The notes beneath the pieces are model-generated. The model was given only the letters and a program-made list of their open reading frames with translations. It did no database searches and was not told where the DNA came from. Shown in pieces: positions 12,623-27,900 of a stretch of DNA of 64,000 bases. Where the stretch lies: assembly GCF_000181795.1 (NCBI RefSeq), contig NW_003526941.1, positions 5,929,008-5,993,007 of the forward strand, given 5' to 3'. This DNA comes from Trichinella spiralis (taxonomy: Eukaryota). How positions within the stretch are numbered: the first letter of the stretch is position 1; every line of letters begins with the position of its first letter. A program made the translations under genes and the position numbers.

Positions 12623-15600
12623 TTATATATTACTATACATGTTAATACCTTGAGTAGATTTCAGGCATTCAGCAGTTGTACCATCAGCAGCAGCGACACT
12701 ATTACTATTATTATTATTATTATTATTATTGGTGCTAGTAGATGTAATAGTAGCAGTTGGGGTAGCGATCGACTGCCGTGGACGACCGAAACGATCCGTT
12801 TGCTGCAATATCGGCACTGACTCTTCTCCTTGCACTAATCAAAATACAAAAGATGAGAACAGATCAAATTACTACAACTGATTATTAATTAATTTTATTG
12901 GCGTTCGAGTTGGTGAGACTTACTTGAAAATTTTCCATGCAATGCTATACTTGTACGACTCTGCTGTCGACGACTGGCGTTCATGATAATTCCATCACCG
13001 GCTGTCATTCTGCGAGTCTGCATGCGAACCTGTTCGAGAGGTAGCACACGTCGGCGTTTTTTTGGCAGTTTTGCACGGGCTTGGGTATGCGAATAGAACA
13101 TGGCGAAGTTGCTGACAATGACCGGAACTGGAAGAGCAATTGTCAGCACACCTGTTAACGCGCACAGACTGCCAACAATCATGCCGAGGTAAGTTTTCGG
13201 AGTCATATCACCATAACTAAACAGAACACCAGAAACAAATGTGATAAATTTTTTCTAAATCATTCTTCATCATTATTATCACAATCAAAATGTTCAAATA
13301 TAATTTGAATAATATATAGAATTAATCCCAAAGAATCACCGATTAAACAACTTTTATCATCAATCAACGTTTGTCTGCTGCATTAAGTTCTACTTACCCA
13401 ACGGTAGTCATCGTGACTATTGCCCACCAAAGGCCCAACGGTATGCTGATGAAATCATTTTCCGGATTCGGTTCAATCCTCTCGGCATAATAAATTAAAG
13501 CGGCAAATACAACAATGCCCAGCACCAAGAAAAAGACCAACAAAATCAGTTCTTTGGCGCTAGCGCGGAATGTATGGATGAGAATTTTCAGTCCGCTGCT
13601 GTGCTGCGTCAATTTGAACAACCTCATGATACGAATAATGCTGAAAAATTCGACCATATCTTTGTTGGCTTCCATTGCAACTTCTTTAAGCAAAAAATCC
13701 ATGAAGAAACTAAGTGTGGCCTGAAAATGAAATGGAATAAAATTAAATTAATTTTCAAAACACTGATTATCCAACAATTTGCGCGCCAATTGTTTTCAAT
13801 TCTAATTTAAATAATTGTTTAAAATTATTCGAGTTAAATTTTCAATACAATTGAAATTATAGCAGGTAATTAATAAATAAATAAAAGTATGTGGATTGTA
13901 AAAATCTATATACGCACAAAAAAACGTATTGTAACAAAATTAACAGTACATGATTCAATCTACAATAAGAATCAACGATAAGTTGATAATCATAGTTATC
14001 TCGAATCGATATTGTGAACAAAAAATTATTTATCCTATTATACACTGTACTGTACTGTACTGTTTGAAATTTTATCCGAAACAGGTAAAAAATGTCTAAC
14101 TTAATGAAATGCCAAAGTCACCTAGAGAACAGAATAAAGAATAAGGTGATTATAAGCGTATTCATCGTCTGCTCTGAGGAAGAAGCAGGGAGAGGGGGAA
14201 GCTACCATATGCTTGTACATTATTGTGTTCATCGAAAGCAATTTCTTAACAACTACCAACATTAGAAAATGTCTAAATTCAACAATGGGATTCGTTATCC
14301 TAAAAGCGCATATCCGAGTGAAAATGATAAAAATAAAAAAAAATCTTTCGAACATATTCAGTTAGAAAAGTTGAAATAAATTGTTGCCGAAACCACTAGA
14401 AAATTGATTCTACTACTGCTGCTGCTGCTGCTGATCGACAAATCGAAAACAACAATCATGCGTTTGAACTGCATGAATGGAATGGAATATCAACATGCTA
14501 ATTTGCCAGTCATGCGCGCAAACGGAGGTCAGCGATGCAATTAACCAACGTCCGCTAATGGGCTCCGCCACGTCAGCTCAGCAACAGAACCCCCAACGTA
14601 AATATATAATTGACCATGTCACCGCCGTATGGTTACTTTGCGACCAGAATTAAGTGCTCGTGTGAATTTTGACCAAGTGAAGAGCAAATGAAATTGTTTC
14701 CAACAAGCTGAAAGCGATCGCAACATTTTCCACCCAAAAGTACCACCCACACTACTACTAACACATCCATCCATCCATCCATTCGTCAACATACACTACT
14801 ACAAATTCGATAAAACAATAAATTACATATACAGATAATATTAAAGTTGAAATTAAAGCTGAAGAAGAAAGCACTGTTATTCATATTTTGGTAGGGAGAT
14901 TTTCTTCAACAGATAAAATAAATAACACGCGTTAAATAATTATTATCAACGATCGAATTCGTAAATCGCCTGCAGCATGCATGTTATATCATCACTTACC
15001 ACTAGATCGATGACATTAACCGGCGACTTGAGAAACAGCACCTTCGAAGGACAGAAGACAAAACGTATTATAATTTCCAACGTGAACCACGTGTTGCAAA
15101 CGGCTTCTATTATGAAAAAAGCGCCATGAGGCTGTGTACGTTCCTTGTCAACGATGAGACTTGAGGACGAGGTCGAATGGTATGCCATCTTCGCATCGGT
15201 GCCATTGAACGAATAGCTCTGCATAACAGGAATTCGGAAATCAGGGTGCGTTTTAAGGCAGAACGTCAATATAGACACGCAAATGGTGAAAACAGACGTG
15301 ATAGCGATTACCTGAAAGTTTGAAACGTATTCTTTTTTCGCAATTACAAAAAGTCATAAATAAATAAATAAATAATTAATTAATTAATTAATTATTGTTC
15401 TGTTCACTTTGGCTGGTGTGGACGAATAGGGCTCGTCGAACAATGACCAAACTTTCGGTTTGAGCCTCTGCCACCAGGAAAGATTACCCGACAGGTAGTC
15501 CTCTTCCCAGCCGAATTTTTTAGCCACCTGCTCCTCGTCTTGCATGTCGTTGTCAATGTCGAGCCGATCCAAAACGGCTAAAGTTTCCTGCGTGTCCCGA

Positions 15601-17597
15601 TGCTGAGTGTACGTCATCCAGCAGCACGGTTCTACTTGGTTGGCGTCCAGACCCCAAAATTCGAGCTCTTCTTCGAACAACGGACCGCACACATCAGTCG
15701 GATAATGCAATTTACCGGTACGGTAATAATTGAGAATTTGAGCGAACACTCCGGGATGCCGGTCGAAAAAATATTCGTTCAACACTGGATCGTAATTGGC
15801 CAAAGCTTCAGTCAGACGAGATAAACGAGTAGCGGGAATTTTCTACAATGCAGTACAAATAAGTTATTATTATCAATTGCATAAAAATATCAAATGCTTT
15901 GCTATGATCCATTATGCAATACTTAAATTTCGTAATATCCTTATTAAAATGGAGAAATTCTTACAGGTGGTGCAAATGGGGAAAATAAAAGAGTTCGAGT
16001 TTAATTTCAGTGCAGTGTTGAAAAACTAATTAAGCAAAAGTAAGTGTAATAATTGTCCCAGCTGTGAACTTTGCCAACAATCATCAGCTGAGATGCAATT
16101 GATCCCAAGTTGACGACGAGTTAGATCGATTGTTCAACAGTGTTTCAGAACAATGCCACATCCCGTGTTCAATTCTGCTAACCAGAACTGTGTGCAAAAG
16201 ATACATATATGTATATAAAAAGCTGCTTTTGGTCATCCGGCTCGGGTTGAAATCGTCGAGTCGAAAAATAATAAAACTGCATATACTTTTTATCTTTTTC
16301 AAGAAAAAGTCTGCAAATCAGCTGCAACACTGGAAAAAAATGTTTCATCAGTCTAGTCATTACGAACAACATAAAAACCACGGAAGAAAAGACTGATATA
16401 AGTAAATAAATAAATATACATTTGAAAAAAAAAACATCTGAAACCACTACATTGAACAATCTGTTGAAGATGACTGTCTACAAAGCTGCCACTTTATATT
16501 ACTGGTGTCGATGCGTTGCATGTTGTAATTGAAAGTCTGACGATGTCATGTTTGGAGTGAAAGGGAGAATAGGAAAAACCGAAGAATCAATATCAAGGCC
16601 ATGGATGGAATTTTTCAACAAATTCAGCATCAAATCTCACCCTCTGTCTATTCAGTCAGTCGACACAGACGGACTAAGCCAATGGCTAGTATGTAAAAGT
16701 AATTCGATCAAATTGCCAATACATGCATGCCTGCACCTGAGAAATCAACCTTCTGACGTTGTCAAAAATGAAGACGAACAACACTGAACTAGTGAACACG
16801 AACCGATAAAACAGCATAACAAACAATTAAAATATTCACTTCCCAAGTTGTAAACTGAGAAGTGAGCAAATAAATTGTAAAACGTCAAACCAGCAGCGTT
16901 TGACGAAAAGAAATATTTCTATCCATCTATCTTTCATTTTTTCTCTCTTAATTTCACCTACCTATTCACAATAAATAAAAAAAAGGATCTGAACAAAATT
17001 CACAAACAATAACAATTCTTCAGCTCCGAAGATGACAGAATTATCAATTTTTTTAATCGAATCATTTATTTTTACTTTTTGTAATCGGTGATCTTAATTA
17101 AATTCCTATTCAGAAAGAAAGTAATATGATATATGCTTTGCTGAAATTTTTTGCATTGAACAAAGAAAGAACATAGAAATTGTTGTCCTCATCGCTAGTA
17201 TATATTGAGAAAGCTTGAAAAGAATAGATGACAAAAAAAGCAAGAAAACAAAAACATTTTCCTCTTGCTTTCTTTCATCATTGAATATAATGAATGTGCA
17301 AATGAATTCAGTGTGCAAAAATTTAACAGTAAAAATAAAAGAAAAATCCACTGTGTGCCATCATGCATTAGAAGAAGTAAAATTAAATATGAAACATTTT
17401 AATAATTCTTCAAATTCAATAAAAATACTTCATTATGAAAATGAATTCAGTAAGCGTGCGCCACTTGTGAATTATTAAAATTATTTTATATAATAGATAA
17501 CAGGTTAAATTAGGCTAGAAAACATACATACCTTGAGGGTTGCTTTGTATGTTTCGTGTCTGATGCCGCCGACATTCAAGATTACGCGTTCATCCAT
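12623..17597 (-). CDS. egl-36: Shaw/Kv3-family voltage-gated potassium channel (egl-36-like)
   Basis: Exons 17597-17532 ([22 protein letters not shown]), 15842-15408 (T1 domain, EYFFDRHP), 15311-15000, 13720-13398 (S4 [12 protein letters not shown]; pore [11 protein letters not shown]), 13216-12924 (YGD..PVPVIV) and 12834-12623. Phases are consistent. The 3' end is uncertain because a further exon may lie near 12546-12384. Orthology to egl-36 is from remembered sequence. Confidence 0.93.
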
Positions 17598-17791
17598 AGT
17601 CCACGGGCGTGGTCGTCAGTGGGTAAACATCGACGGCCACCGGCAGCAGTTAGCAGGACTAAAGTTTCTTCTTTTTCGGTGGCATGCGGCAGGCCAGACG
17701 ATCGCAAAGCAAACTGCAGCCGTTCGTTGCGAGGCGTGGCCGGACGTCGTCGATCAAAGCAACTACTTGTCGCCTTGCGCATGACCGGACA
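17598..17791 (-). other. 5' UTR part of the first coding exon of the Kv3 gene
   Basis: GC-richer segment bounded by a TTTTCAG acceptor at ~17792-17798 (cis- or trans-splice site). Confidence 0.6.
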
Positions 17792-20700
17792 CTGAAAAGT
17801 AAAAAATAAAACAATAAATAAAAATTCAAATCAAATCAAATCAAACTCGCAATCGTAACACATCCAAGCATATAATAAGAAAAAGCAAACATCGAAAATA
17901 CTATACATATATATATATATATATGAGACGCTCGACAATTGCAAAACTGATCAACTAATGCTAATAAAATTTTAAAACACAAATTCATTTTATTAGCAAC
18001 AACTGAAGAATAATATGATCCGACAAATATTTTAAAAAGATGGAATACTTTTATTTTTTAAACTAAATAGAAATAAATCTATGAGTAAGTTGAAAGTCAA
18101 ATTCATTAATGCAATTATTTGCTATCAGAAAAATTTGGGATTTCAATCAATCATGCATTGCTCAAAAAAAAACAAAATTATTCCAAAAAATCTTCAAACA
18201 GCAGCCAATTATTTTAATCAGTCCATTGAAGGAGAAAAACAAAAGACATTTTCAATTTCATATAAATATAAATAAATGTGTGTGTGTAATTCATAATAGG
18301 AATAAAATTTTGAAATTCTATCTATATTTCAAATAAACTCGCCTTGAATTAAACAACATAAAAAAGAATGCTTGAAAAAAATAATGATACTACAGAGTTT
18401 AAAATAGCAAATCTGTTGATGATGATGATGCAAATAATAAAAAAAACTATTCAATAATAAAACAGCTATTAAATAAAGTAAAATAATAAAAATAAAAATA
18501 CGAAACAAAAAGTGGACAAAACTCTACTGGATAATGTGTTTTGAAATAAAAAGAAGCTCAGATGGAGTACGTGAAGCATTTTAATTACCTAAAATTGCAA
18601 TGTCGCAGCTAATGAAGGCGGCTAGACGCAAAGTCAGCATCAGATTCTTTGTGTAAAATAACTGCAATTTGACGGTCGTCAACGACTGATGGCTAAAAAT
18701 AAAAAAATAAAAATCAAAAGCTTTCAAAGATACCGCCAACTCTTAATGCAGCTATTATTTTTTTTGCTGATGTAAACTGCCAAGCGTGCTACTAAACTGA
18801 ACATTAAAAAGCGAGTAGATATCAATTTTACAGAAAATGAACAATGCGAAAAATCTTGTCAACTTTTCTGCTATATAATAATCAGCAAACAGAGACAGAC
18901 ATCTGAATTGGCGACACACATCCAAAATAATGCAAATCTTTCCAACACCTCCAACCTTTATTTTACTTTTTTCAAAGAAAACCAGCAAATTAATAACTAA
19001 CAATGATGCATCATTTGGGCATCATTGAATAACTGATAATAAACATCCGTTTCAAAGAATTTCAATGAATACATTTAAAATAAAACAAGATAATAATTTA
19101 TGTGCATATTACATTAGTAATATTTTTTTAACATGAAAATTTACAAATGGAAAATCCTGACACCCAGAACAAGACTAATTACCCACTGCATAACAGAGCT
19201 AGAGTGCTTTCATCGCGTCTGAAGTGTCATTAACTAACAACCGCTTTAGCGCCATGTCAAATTGACTGAATATGGATCAGATTGTAAAATTGAAATTAAA
19301 TTTGTACTAAGCGCTCATGTTGTTGATAATATTCCACAAAGCTACATGCAATTTGGATTATTGATTTCAAAGAAAACGAACAGACAATTCTGTCCATTCA
19401 AAATCACACTAAATACTGGCTGATAAATCAAAAATTAACCCTCAACTTGAGGCTCAACAAATGAGGATGTCAACTTGAAAATTATTTTCTAATCCCACTA
19501 GAACACATATAATATACCATTGATGGGGACGGGTGAGGGAAAAAGAGGGGGGAAGCATTTCGATAATTTTAATTCTTTTATAAACAAAAGAAAGAAAAAC
19601 CACTAAAAATTTAGTCAGGTTCAACTAGAAGAATGCGTTAAAAATTAAAAGTTTTCAAAAATAATTTTTTTGAAACTGAAATAAAAACTACTTTAAAGTA
19701 CAAACGCTTTGATCATTTGAAATGATTATGCATATGGATGAAAAGAAAAACAAAATGAAGAATTAGCCCAAATACAGAGTGGCAAAATTCAATTAACTGA
19801 AACAACAATCTGCACGCACTGACAAGGCAATAAAATTTCCCAAGTAATATTATTATACCGCTGTTTTATTATTCATCAGCGCATCGGTTGCATCATTTAT
19901 TTCAACATCTACCCCTATACGCGAGCCCTATAAAATATTCAAAATACAGGACAAGAGAATCAAAAGCAAAAATCAAATAAATATAATCTATGAAGTGAGT
20001 GAATATGGAAAAACGAGCATTGCTTTTGCTGAAAATAATAATACTTCGACTAATGATGATAATATTCATTTCATCTGTTGAATGAATCTGAAACTTTTGT
20101 CAGAAAAAAATCAAAAAAGCAGCAAATAATATACACATACGCACAAGTTGATTATGAATTTCAATATTTTACATGAAAAATAAAAAACAAAATCCTTCTT
20201 CCTCTTCTCTGCATATAGGTGAGATTATTAATTAAAAACGCCCCAGAACGATGAAGAAACATGATAATATAAAATACTGAACAATTTTATTAAATGTTTC
20301 AAAAATTTGAAAAAATAGCATTGCTGTCCAACTCCAACATTGCTAAATAGAATATGTATTTTTTTGCCAGCAAAGAGAGATGTCTAAGAAAAAAGCGTAG
20401 AATGAATTAAAATGAATAAATTGAGAAGATGAAGCTGAAAAAGCGGAAAGATGAATCAGATACGTGTGACAAGACAACGCTTCCCAGAAGACTTATGCAA
20501 CGGATCAACCCCACTGCATGCTTTTCATTCTAGACGTGACTTAATAAAATTCATCCTTTGGCAAAGTTATATTTGTCGAGAGGGTGAATGTGAACGATGG
20601 AATAAATCTATCATAAATTTATACAACAACTGCTGTCCCCCCTCTCTCCGAGGCAGAGGACGCAGGCGAAGATTAAAAATGAAAATGCTTCTCTTTACTT

Positions 20701-23700
20701 TTTCTCCGCTGAAAAATCTCCCTCTAAGCCAAACGATGGCACAACAACACACAAACAACGTCTTCGCAAAAAGAATAGTCCACCCTGCTGTTGAGCAATA
20801 AATTATTCAAAATGCAATGGGAAAATACATTCTTACGTCAAAATTTCGCCAACATTTCTGCCAACACTCCCCCTCCCCTCCCTTCTCGCTCTCCTCATCA
20901 AAATACCTTTGCTCAAAAATAAAAAAAAATTTCAAATTTACGCATAAATTTTTATTTTCGGTTCTGCACACTTTTTTTTTGAAAATAAATTTTCATGCTA
21001 AACTAATAAACATGAAACGAAAAATTTACCTTCTTCAAAAATGAAAAACATTACACTTCAGTCAGGATGGAGATGTTGATGTCGACAATTCTGAATAAAT
21101 AAATTTACAATTATTTACAAACAATATTGTTTTTTGCAAATCTTACACATAAAATTTTTCACGTATACATATACGAAAAAATTTAAAAAAAAAGAGAAAC
21201 GAATTCACGTATTTACAACAGCTTGTTGCAGGTATTAATTAGAAAATGATGAAACGCCAGAATTTGGTTAATTGAAATTTTATCAAAACGTGACTGACGA
21301 TGCCAATGATTGAAAAAGCCAACAACAGACAGATCTGAGAGCAGAAACATTAAGCACACTGAGGAACAGGCGTCAGGCAGGCAGGCAGGCGGGCATGCAA
21401 GGAGGCACAAATGCATAAAACATACAGACTAGACTAGCTACAACTTCTGACATATCAACATATCGCATTTCCTTACAATATTTCCTATAATTTGTCAAAA
21501 TGAAACATGCTCGAATTATAAATTGAAAATTTATTCCTCAGCAGTTGGTAAGCATAACCAATTAATTGCGTGGTAAAATTTCAAATTAACTACACTGACA
21601 AAACTCTGCCTTATTCAATATATTTTTCAAAATATAATAACACTCTTCTCTCTTTTTTCCCTTTCATTTTCAAGAAGACAAGGAAGTTTAATTTTGGTGA
21701 AAATTACAATTCAATTATACTCTGAAATTCACAGCAAAATAAAACAAAACAATAATCATGAATATGAAGATTATTCGAGGGGGAGAATTTTTTGAAATTC
21801 AATTATTAGCACGCTTCTTCTCCAACTAACCGTAACAATTTAATTAAACGCTTGATACAAAAGATAAATGTCAAATAAAGTCGACCAAAAAAAAATTCCA
21901 TTTCAATCAACATTTCTGTTCAACAATTAATTTTCTACGTTAATTATTTATTGTCATTTTATTTCACGATGAAATTAATAAACACCGAAGTAAAAATCCT
22001 TCACAATCTATTTTGTCAATGCTTTTTCTTTTTGATTTTGATAAAATCAAATTTCACTATTACAGACACTGCTTACATGACAACATACTTTTAGAATATC
22101 TCTAGCTTACTGATTTGATTGAAATTCGTAGCTTGAAATGATCATGATAAGAATAATAATAATAATCACTGCCCGCAGGTAAATCAAATTAACTCTCTCT
22201 CCCTCTCTGCTATGAAAAAAAACATAATAAAAAAAGAAAAAAATTTTAAATGACGTCAAGAATAAAATATACTTTTAAAAGTTTAACTTAAATGTATAAA
22301 CGCGAACCGAAAGCTGAAATAAAACCTGGAAAATGATCGTCAACAGAGATTAAAGCTGCAGCAACAACGTGCCGCCAGTAAATGGACCGTGGAAAATAAG
22401 AGTCAGCTGATCTTGTCTACGCATGCATGTATGCAGTTAACAACTGGTAACATGCAATAATGTTGCACTTCCGTTTTAACCTGAAGCAGCATTGTTTTGC
22501 AAAGTCGATTTTTAATGCCTCCCGATTCCTGTTTCGAAACCGTATAATTATGCTGAGTTGCATTTTGCAAAAAGTGAGCATCGAATTTTAGGCTCTGAAA
22601 ACAAGGAGAGAGGTGGACAAGCTGTGAGATATAGCAAACAGAAAAACATAAAATAAAATAAAACAGAGAAAACAAAGAAAGCAAAAAATAAAAAAAAATA
22701 CTCGCATCACTACTGAAAGTCGGTCAAAGCAATTAAAGTGCTGCTTGATCAAATAATAAATCTGCAGCAACGGACTTGTGTAGACATTGGAATCGATTGA
22801 TCAGCAAGTAATAGTAATAATAGCAGTAGTACATACACACTGAGCAAATTGCACGCCGGCAACGGATATGCTTGAATTACAACAACGTCATCGATAACCC
22901 TTGGCCTTGCATGTGAACACCAGCGTCAACATTGCATTGCCGAAAATTAACCTCGCCCATGATGATCAAGCATTCCATTCCCTTGATATACAAGACCAAT
23001 TTACTGCCCTATGTTAACAGTAAAGTCAACAAAACTGCAAACAATTAAGGCAACTTCCAAACGCTCCTAGCTGTTTAACTATCACTGTACTACTGTTCAT
23101 TAAATTTCAAAACAAATACAACATCTAAACATACATGTATTATTTATCGCACCAAATATACCAAAAAGCAAGATTTGGACGAATAAACAATTTTTTGCAT
23201 ATAATCAAGCACCACATACGTATATATATCTATATATTTGAATAACTGATAAAAGCAATTTCACTTCAAGAAAAATATCATCTAATCTAGCTGATAACTA
23301 GCGACCATTGGCAATAACATTTTTTTTGTTTGCTGAGAAATTATTTTCCATCATTGAAAGGTGACAAGAATAATTTTCTGAAGCGACAAAAAGCCTCGAA
23401 ATCTCATACATGTAAAGCCAATGAACTGGAAAACAAAACATGCACTATTACGGCGTCAGAAAAGTTGGCTCAATATTGTCCAACATTTTCGACAAGAACC
23501 ACTTTGAATGGAAAATGGCGGTTTTAATTTATTACAAGCAAAATTACACATCACGATGATGCAGCACACAAGAATCGCATCAAGTTGTAAAAAGAAAATC
23601 GATCGCTCATCAATCATACTGAAGGAAAAAAGTTGCAAAATTTCAAAGAAAAAAAAAACATTTCTTTTGCAAAATATTTCCTCGATATAAATTATTTCAA

Positions 23701-24885
23701 AATTCAAGAAAACTTCATCCAAAAAATAAAAAACATCTGATGAAAGTATGCACAAGTAATATCATATATAACAAACAATTCGAATTCACAATATCGATCA
23801 CGACAACAATGAAATGAATAATAACTTTTAAAATATGAAATTCTTCTACACTGGAAATTTCAAATACTTGAATATTATATTTAATTAACATATTGAATTG
23901 AAAACAAAATCAGAAAGACGACGAAATAAATATATCTTTCTTCGTAGATAGATATACATATTAAACAGCTGTTGTAATATTCAAATCTTTTGAAATCATT
24001 ACATGGAAAATCAATTTACAATTTGAAAAAAATAAATGATTGAATAGCATTTTAAAGTAGCAGTTAGTTCAATCTCAACAACAAAAAATGAACGAAATAA
24101 TGTATTTTCGAATAATAAGCATAAATTGACGTTTCGGATAATTACTTAATTGCTTAGTTGATGAGTTCAAAAATGAAATAAGAAAAAAGCAATCTCACTT
24201 GAGAGGTGAATGAATCAGCAGCAGCAGCAGCAATCCCTACTGCTGTTGTTGCCGTTAATTTCTGCTGCACACAAAAGCATTAACTACACAACTGGTAAAT
24301 ACACACAAGAAGGGTATGCGAGAAGTCTGAATTTGAAAACCAAACAAACATTAAACGCAGTAATAGATGAGAATAATATTATGCTTGAAGATAAAATAAT
24401 GAAATAAAAGTATGGTTAGAAGGAAAAAGTGCTTTCCAAGTTTTCAATCTCTTCAATCAGTCCAGAAAAGACAACTTATTATTCAATAGGCCGGTGGAAT
24501 ATTAGCAAAAGTTAAGCAGTTTTGATCAATTTTTAGAACATCGCCCTTTTATCAATATTAATATTTTCCTGACCGTTAAAAGAAGTATAAAGGTATGAGT
24601 TGAAAACTTGCCCTTCGGTCAATTTTGCAGATTAGCAAACAATGAATGCAAAGCGCATGGTAGAAAATAAGCAGTAGCAGTAGCAGTAGTAGGGGTTTGA
24701 AAAATGAGAAAATCAATCGATCGTTACAAAATTTATGGACATTTATGGAAAAAAGTTACAAGCAAACTTCATGAGATCAGATCAGATGTGGAGAGAAATG
24801 AACAAATTTCCCAAAAAAAGCATATAAAATAATAATTTTTTTTCCAAAACAACAACTGAAAACCCCCGCACAGTTGAATCGTTGA

Positions 24886-24891
<6 letters not shown>

Positions 24892-24920
<29 letters not shown>
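24892..24920. repeat. (GA)n microsatellite
   Basis: Perfect dinucleotide run. Confidence 0.95.
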
Positions 24921-24924
<4 letters not shown>

Positions 24925-27900
24925 ATAACATTTCGAATGTCAAATGCAGATGAGAGCTTGCTTGATCAAGTAAAATTGTGGAAAGCTTGCCAGATTAAGT
25001 AAGCATAATAAAAAAAAAGATGAAGAAGAAGAAGAGAAAAATCAATGCATGCCAAACAGCGAGCCGCTTTTCGTCAAACAGCAGCCTAATGAGCACCACC
25101 GTCGTCGTTCGTCACTGACCAACCGACCGACCGACCGACCATTGACAAAGCCAGTAACCCAAAAAAGCAAAGCTTTTTCTCCTGTTGCATAAAAATAAGC
25201 TTTTCAACCACTACCCCAACAACAACAACAACAACACGATCATCGTCATTTTCATCAAAAATTTAAATAAAATTCAAACGTAAAAGTGACACGTTCAAAT
25301 TATAAAACGAATCAGTGGAAGAGAAGAAGTGGTGATTGATGATTATTGTAAAATTAAAACAAAAATCAAATTGGAAAATGTTTATACCTGGTTTGGATGA
25401 TGAAGCATAAAAATTGAACTTCTCAACAGCAGCAACTTGGAAAGTGAAGTCAACCTCTCACGAGAGCATTGCACCATCAGTGTCAGTACAATATACCGCA
25501 ACTGGAGCGCAAATTCAATCATCCACTCCAATCTCATTTTATCTCATTTCGTCATCAATGCTGGCTAGCAAAAGATTGCATGATGATACTCTCAGCACGG
25601 GCCGGCTAAGCTTGTTGTCAACGCTCTCTTAATTTATCGTTTTTTTTTATTATTTATCAAAACTAAATTACTAGTCTGGAAGGAAGCCTAAAATCAATAC
25701 AACCCTACACACACGCAGCAAACTGCAGCTTACTTTAAAACACTGCCTGCCTTTTTGCGGTTAAACAAAGATTACCTGAACAGTAGTTGTCTGCAATGAA
25801 CAAAACATTCGTTGAAATTAATTTCTGTATTTTATAAAGAAAAACAGAAAACTAACACTCTCGCATCACAAATTTCACTGCAACGATCCTATTCATCTAT
25901 AATTATAATAAAATAATGCAAAACCTTTCAGTACAGCAAAAAGTACTCTTGAAATTGTATATTTTTAAAACCTTAAACACGTCGACTTCACCTTTCATTT
26001 GTTATAAATCGATCAAAAATACAAGTTTATAAACTAAAATAATCCACCCAACTCCGCTAAATAATTCACATTTCACATCATCTATTATTTTAAAAAATTT
26101 AAAAAAAACTGAAATTTTCAAATAGTAATTATTACTGAAAATAAAATGTTGCCAGAAAAAATTCAATCACTCGATTCACAATATTATTTATACAACCTGA
26201 AAATCACAAACTGTTGTAAGCAATTGAAAATTGATGATTAAATTTACAAAAAGAATACAACCCAACTATTATTGTTCCTACAAACAATTGAAAAGTAAAA
26301 ACTTTCACTGTGCTGCTTCTAACAAATAGTTTTCCAAATTTATCTGTTTAACAAAACTAATTTCGAACACTACATGAAGAAGAAGAAGAAATATACGCTG
26401 TGGAACATAAATTTTTTCTACATTTTTCCTCTTCAAATGGCACTTGTGCATTTTAGCCTCAATTAAAGGAAGAAAAAAAAGAGGAGATGTGAACAATGAA
26501 TTGAAATATATTAATTTAACAAAGTAATAATGAAAAAAATAGCTAACAAAGCATGCGGTACATTATATATACTAGGTGAAATTTGAAATGATACAATATC
26601 ATCAATTGCACCGCTTCGCTGTGCAAATGCCAATCGACAGTAGTGTTGTAATTGAAAAGTGCCTTAAAAACATCCATTGCATTTTAATGGGGCAATTTTG
26701 AATCCGGAAATTGTCCAACGAACGCCAGTTATTATTATTATTATTATTTATTGGATTCGACTATGCTGAAAAGATGGCAATTAGTAAAAATGGCAAAGCT
26801 ATTCCCATGCATGAGGAGAACTTTTTCTTGCCCAACAAGCCCATTGTTATGTCAGGAAGTGAAACATTGACTTGCTTTGCCGGCAGCGCAGAAGACAAAA
26901 TGAAAGCGAAAATGTCCCCCCACCCAATCACAAGCCTCTAATTAACGCACGTTCATAACTGAAACGAGCATTTAGAAGATTTTCATACCAAAATGGTGAA
27001 CAATATTCACGTTTGCCAAATTGAATTCAATTCTACGACCACTTCAACAAGCAACAACAACTATATTTATACGCTCCGAAGAAAATGAAAGAGAAATAGA
27101 AAAAAAATTATAATCAGCATTATTATTTTGCTTTCCTTCTTAAACTATATTCAATCGTTATTTGTTCTTATTATTATTACATATTGTTATAAACGTTAAA
27201 ACTGATGATTAATTGAAAATTTGCAATTCAACAATAATCTGTTGCTTCAACAACTATGGAAAAGCTTATTGATTGTCAATTCGTCCAAAAGAAATGCAAA
27301 CTTCAGGTACATTAAAATAATAAAAATACAAAAATCTCATTTAGAATATTATTCTCAAAATAGAAAAGATTATAATATTCCACAAAAAACAAAGTAACTA
27401 AAACACTTAATTGAAAAATTCATCCAATTAGCAAATGCATTCAATCATTACAAGCTAGCACCTTGATGAAAGTGACGTTGATTAATTGATCATCAATTAT
27501 TTCTCCAAGAACAACACACACACACACCTCTCGTACACACAACAAGTCTCTCAGCTGAAATGTTGAGCAACTAACACGCATGTTTTCTAAACAGTGCTTT
27601 GTCATTTTTTACTGACAGCATGATGCCATCAATTGTCATCTTGCACCATTTTCCAATCACATTCTACTTTAGTCGATTCATCTTTATTATTATTTTTTAA
27701 TTAAAAATATCATTTGCATGATTAAAAATAATTATTCAAAATATTAATTATTCAAAAAAGTATATCTCAAAAGATTGAACTTTTACAACATAATCAAAAT
27801 GAATACATGCAATTATTTCCTGGAAGGGAACTTATAAACGCAACTGAGCATAATTATCTTCATTAGATAAATGTTGCACAGATGAAAACATCATCGACAT

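Noticed and set aside
13604..13606. CAG (Gln) in Kv3 S4 where many Shaw channels have Arg, suggesting an A-to-I Q/R editing site
   Set aside because: From memory, nematode EGL-36 also has LFKLTQH, so Gln looks like an inherited subfamily feature. No editing-complementary sequence was seen.
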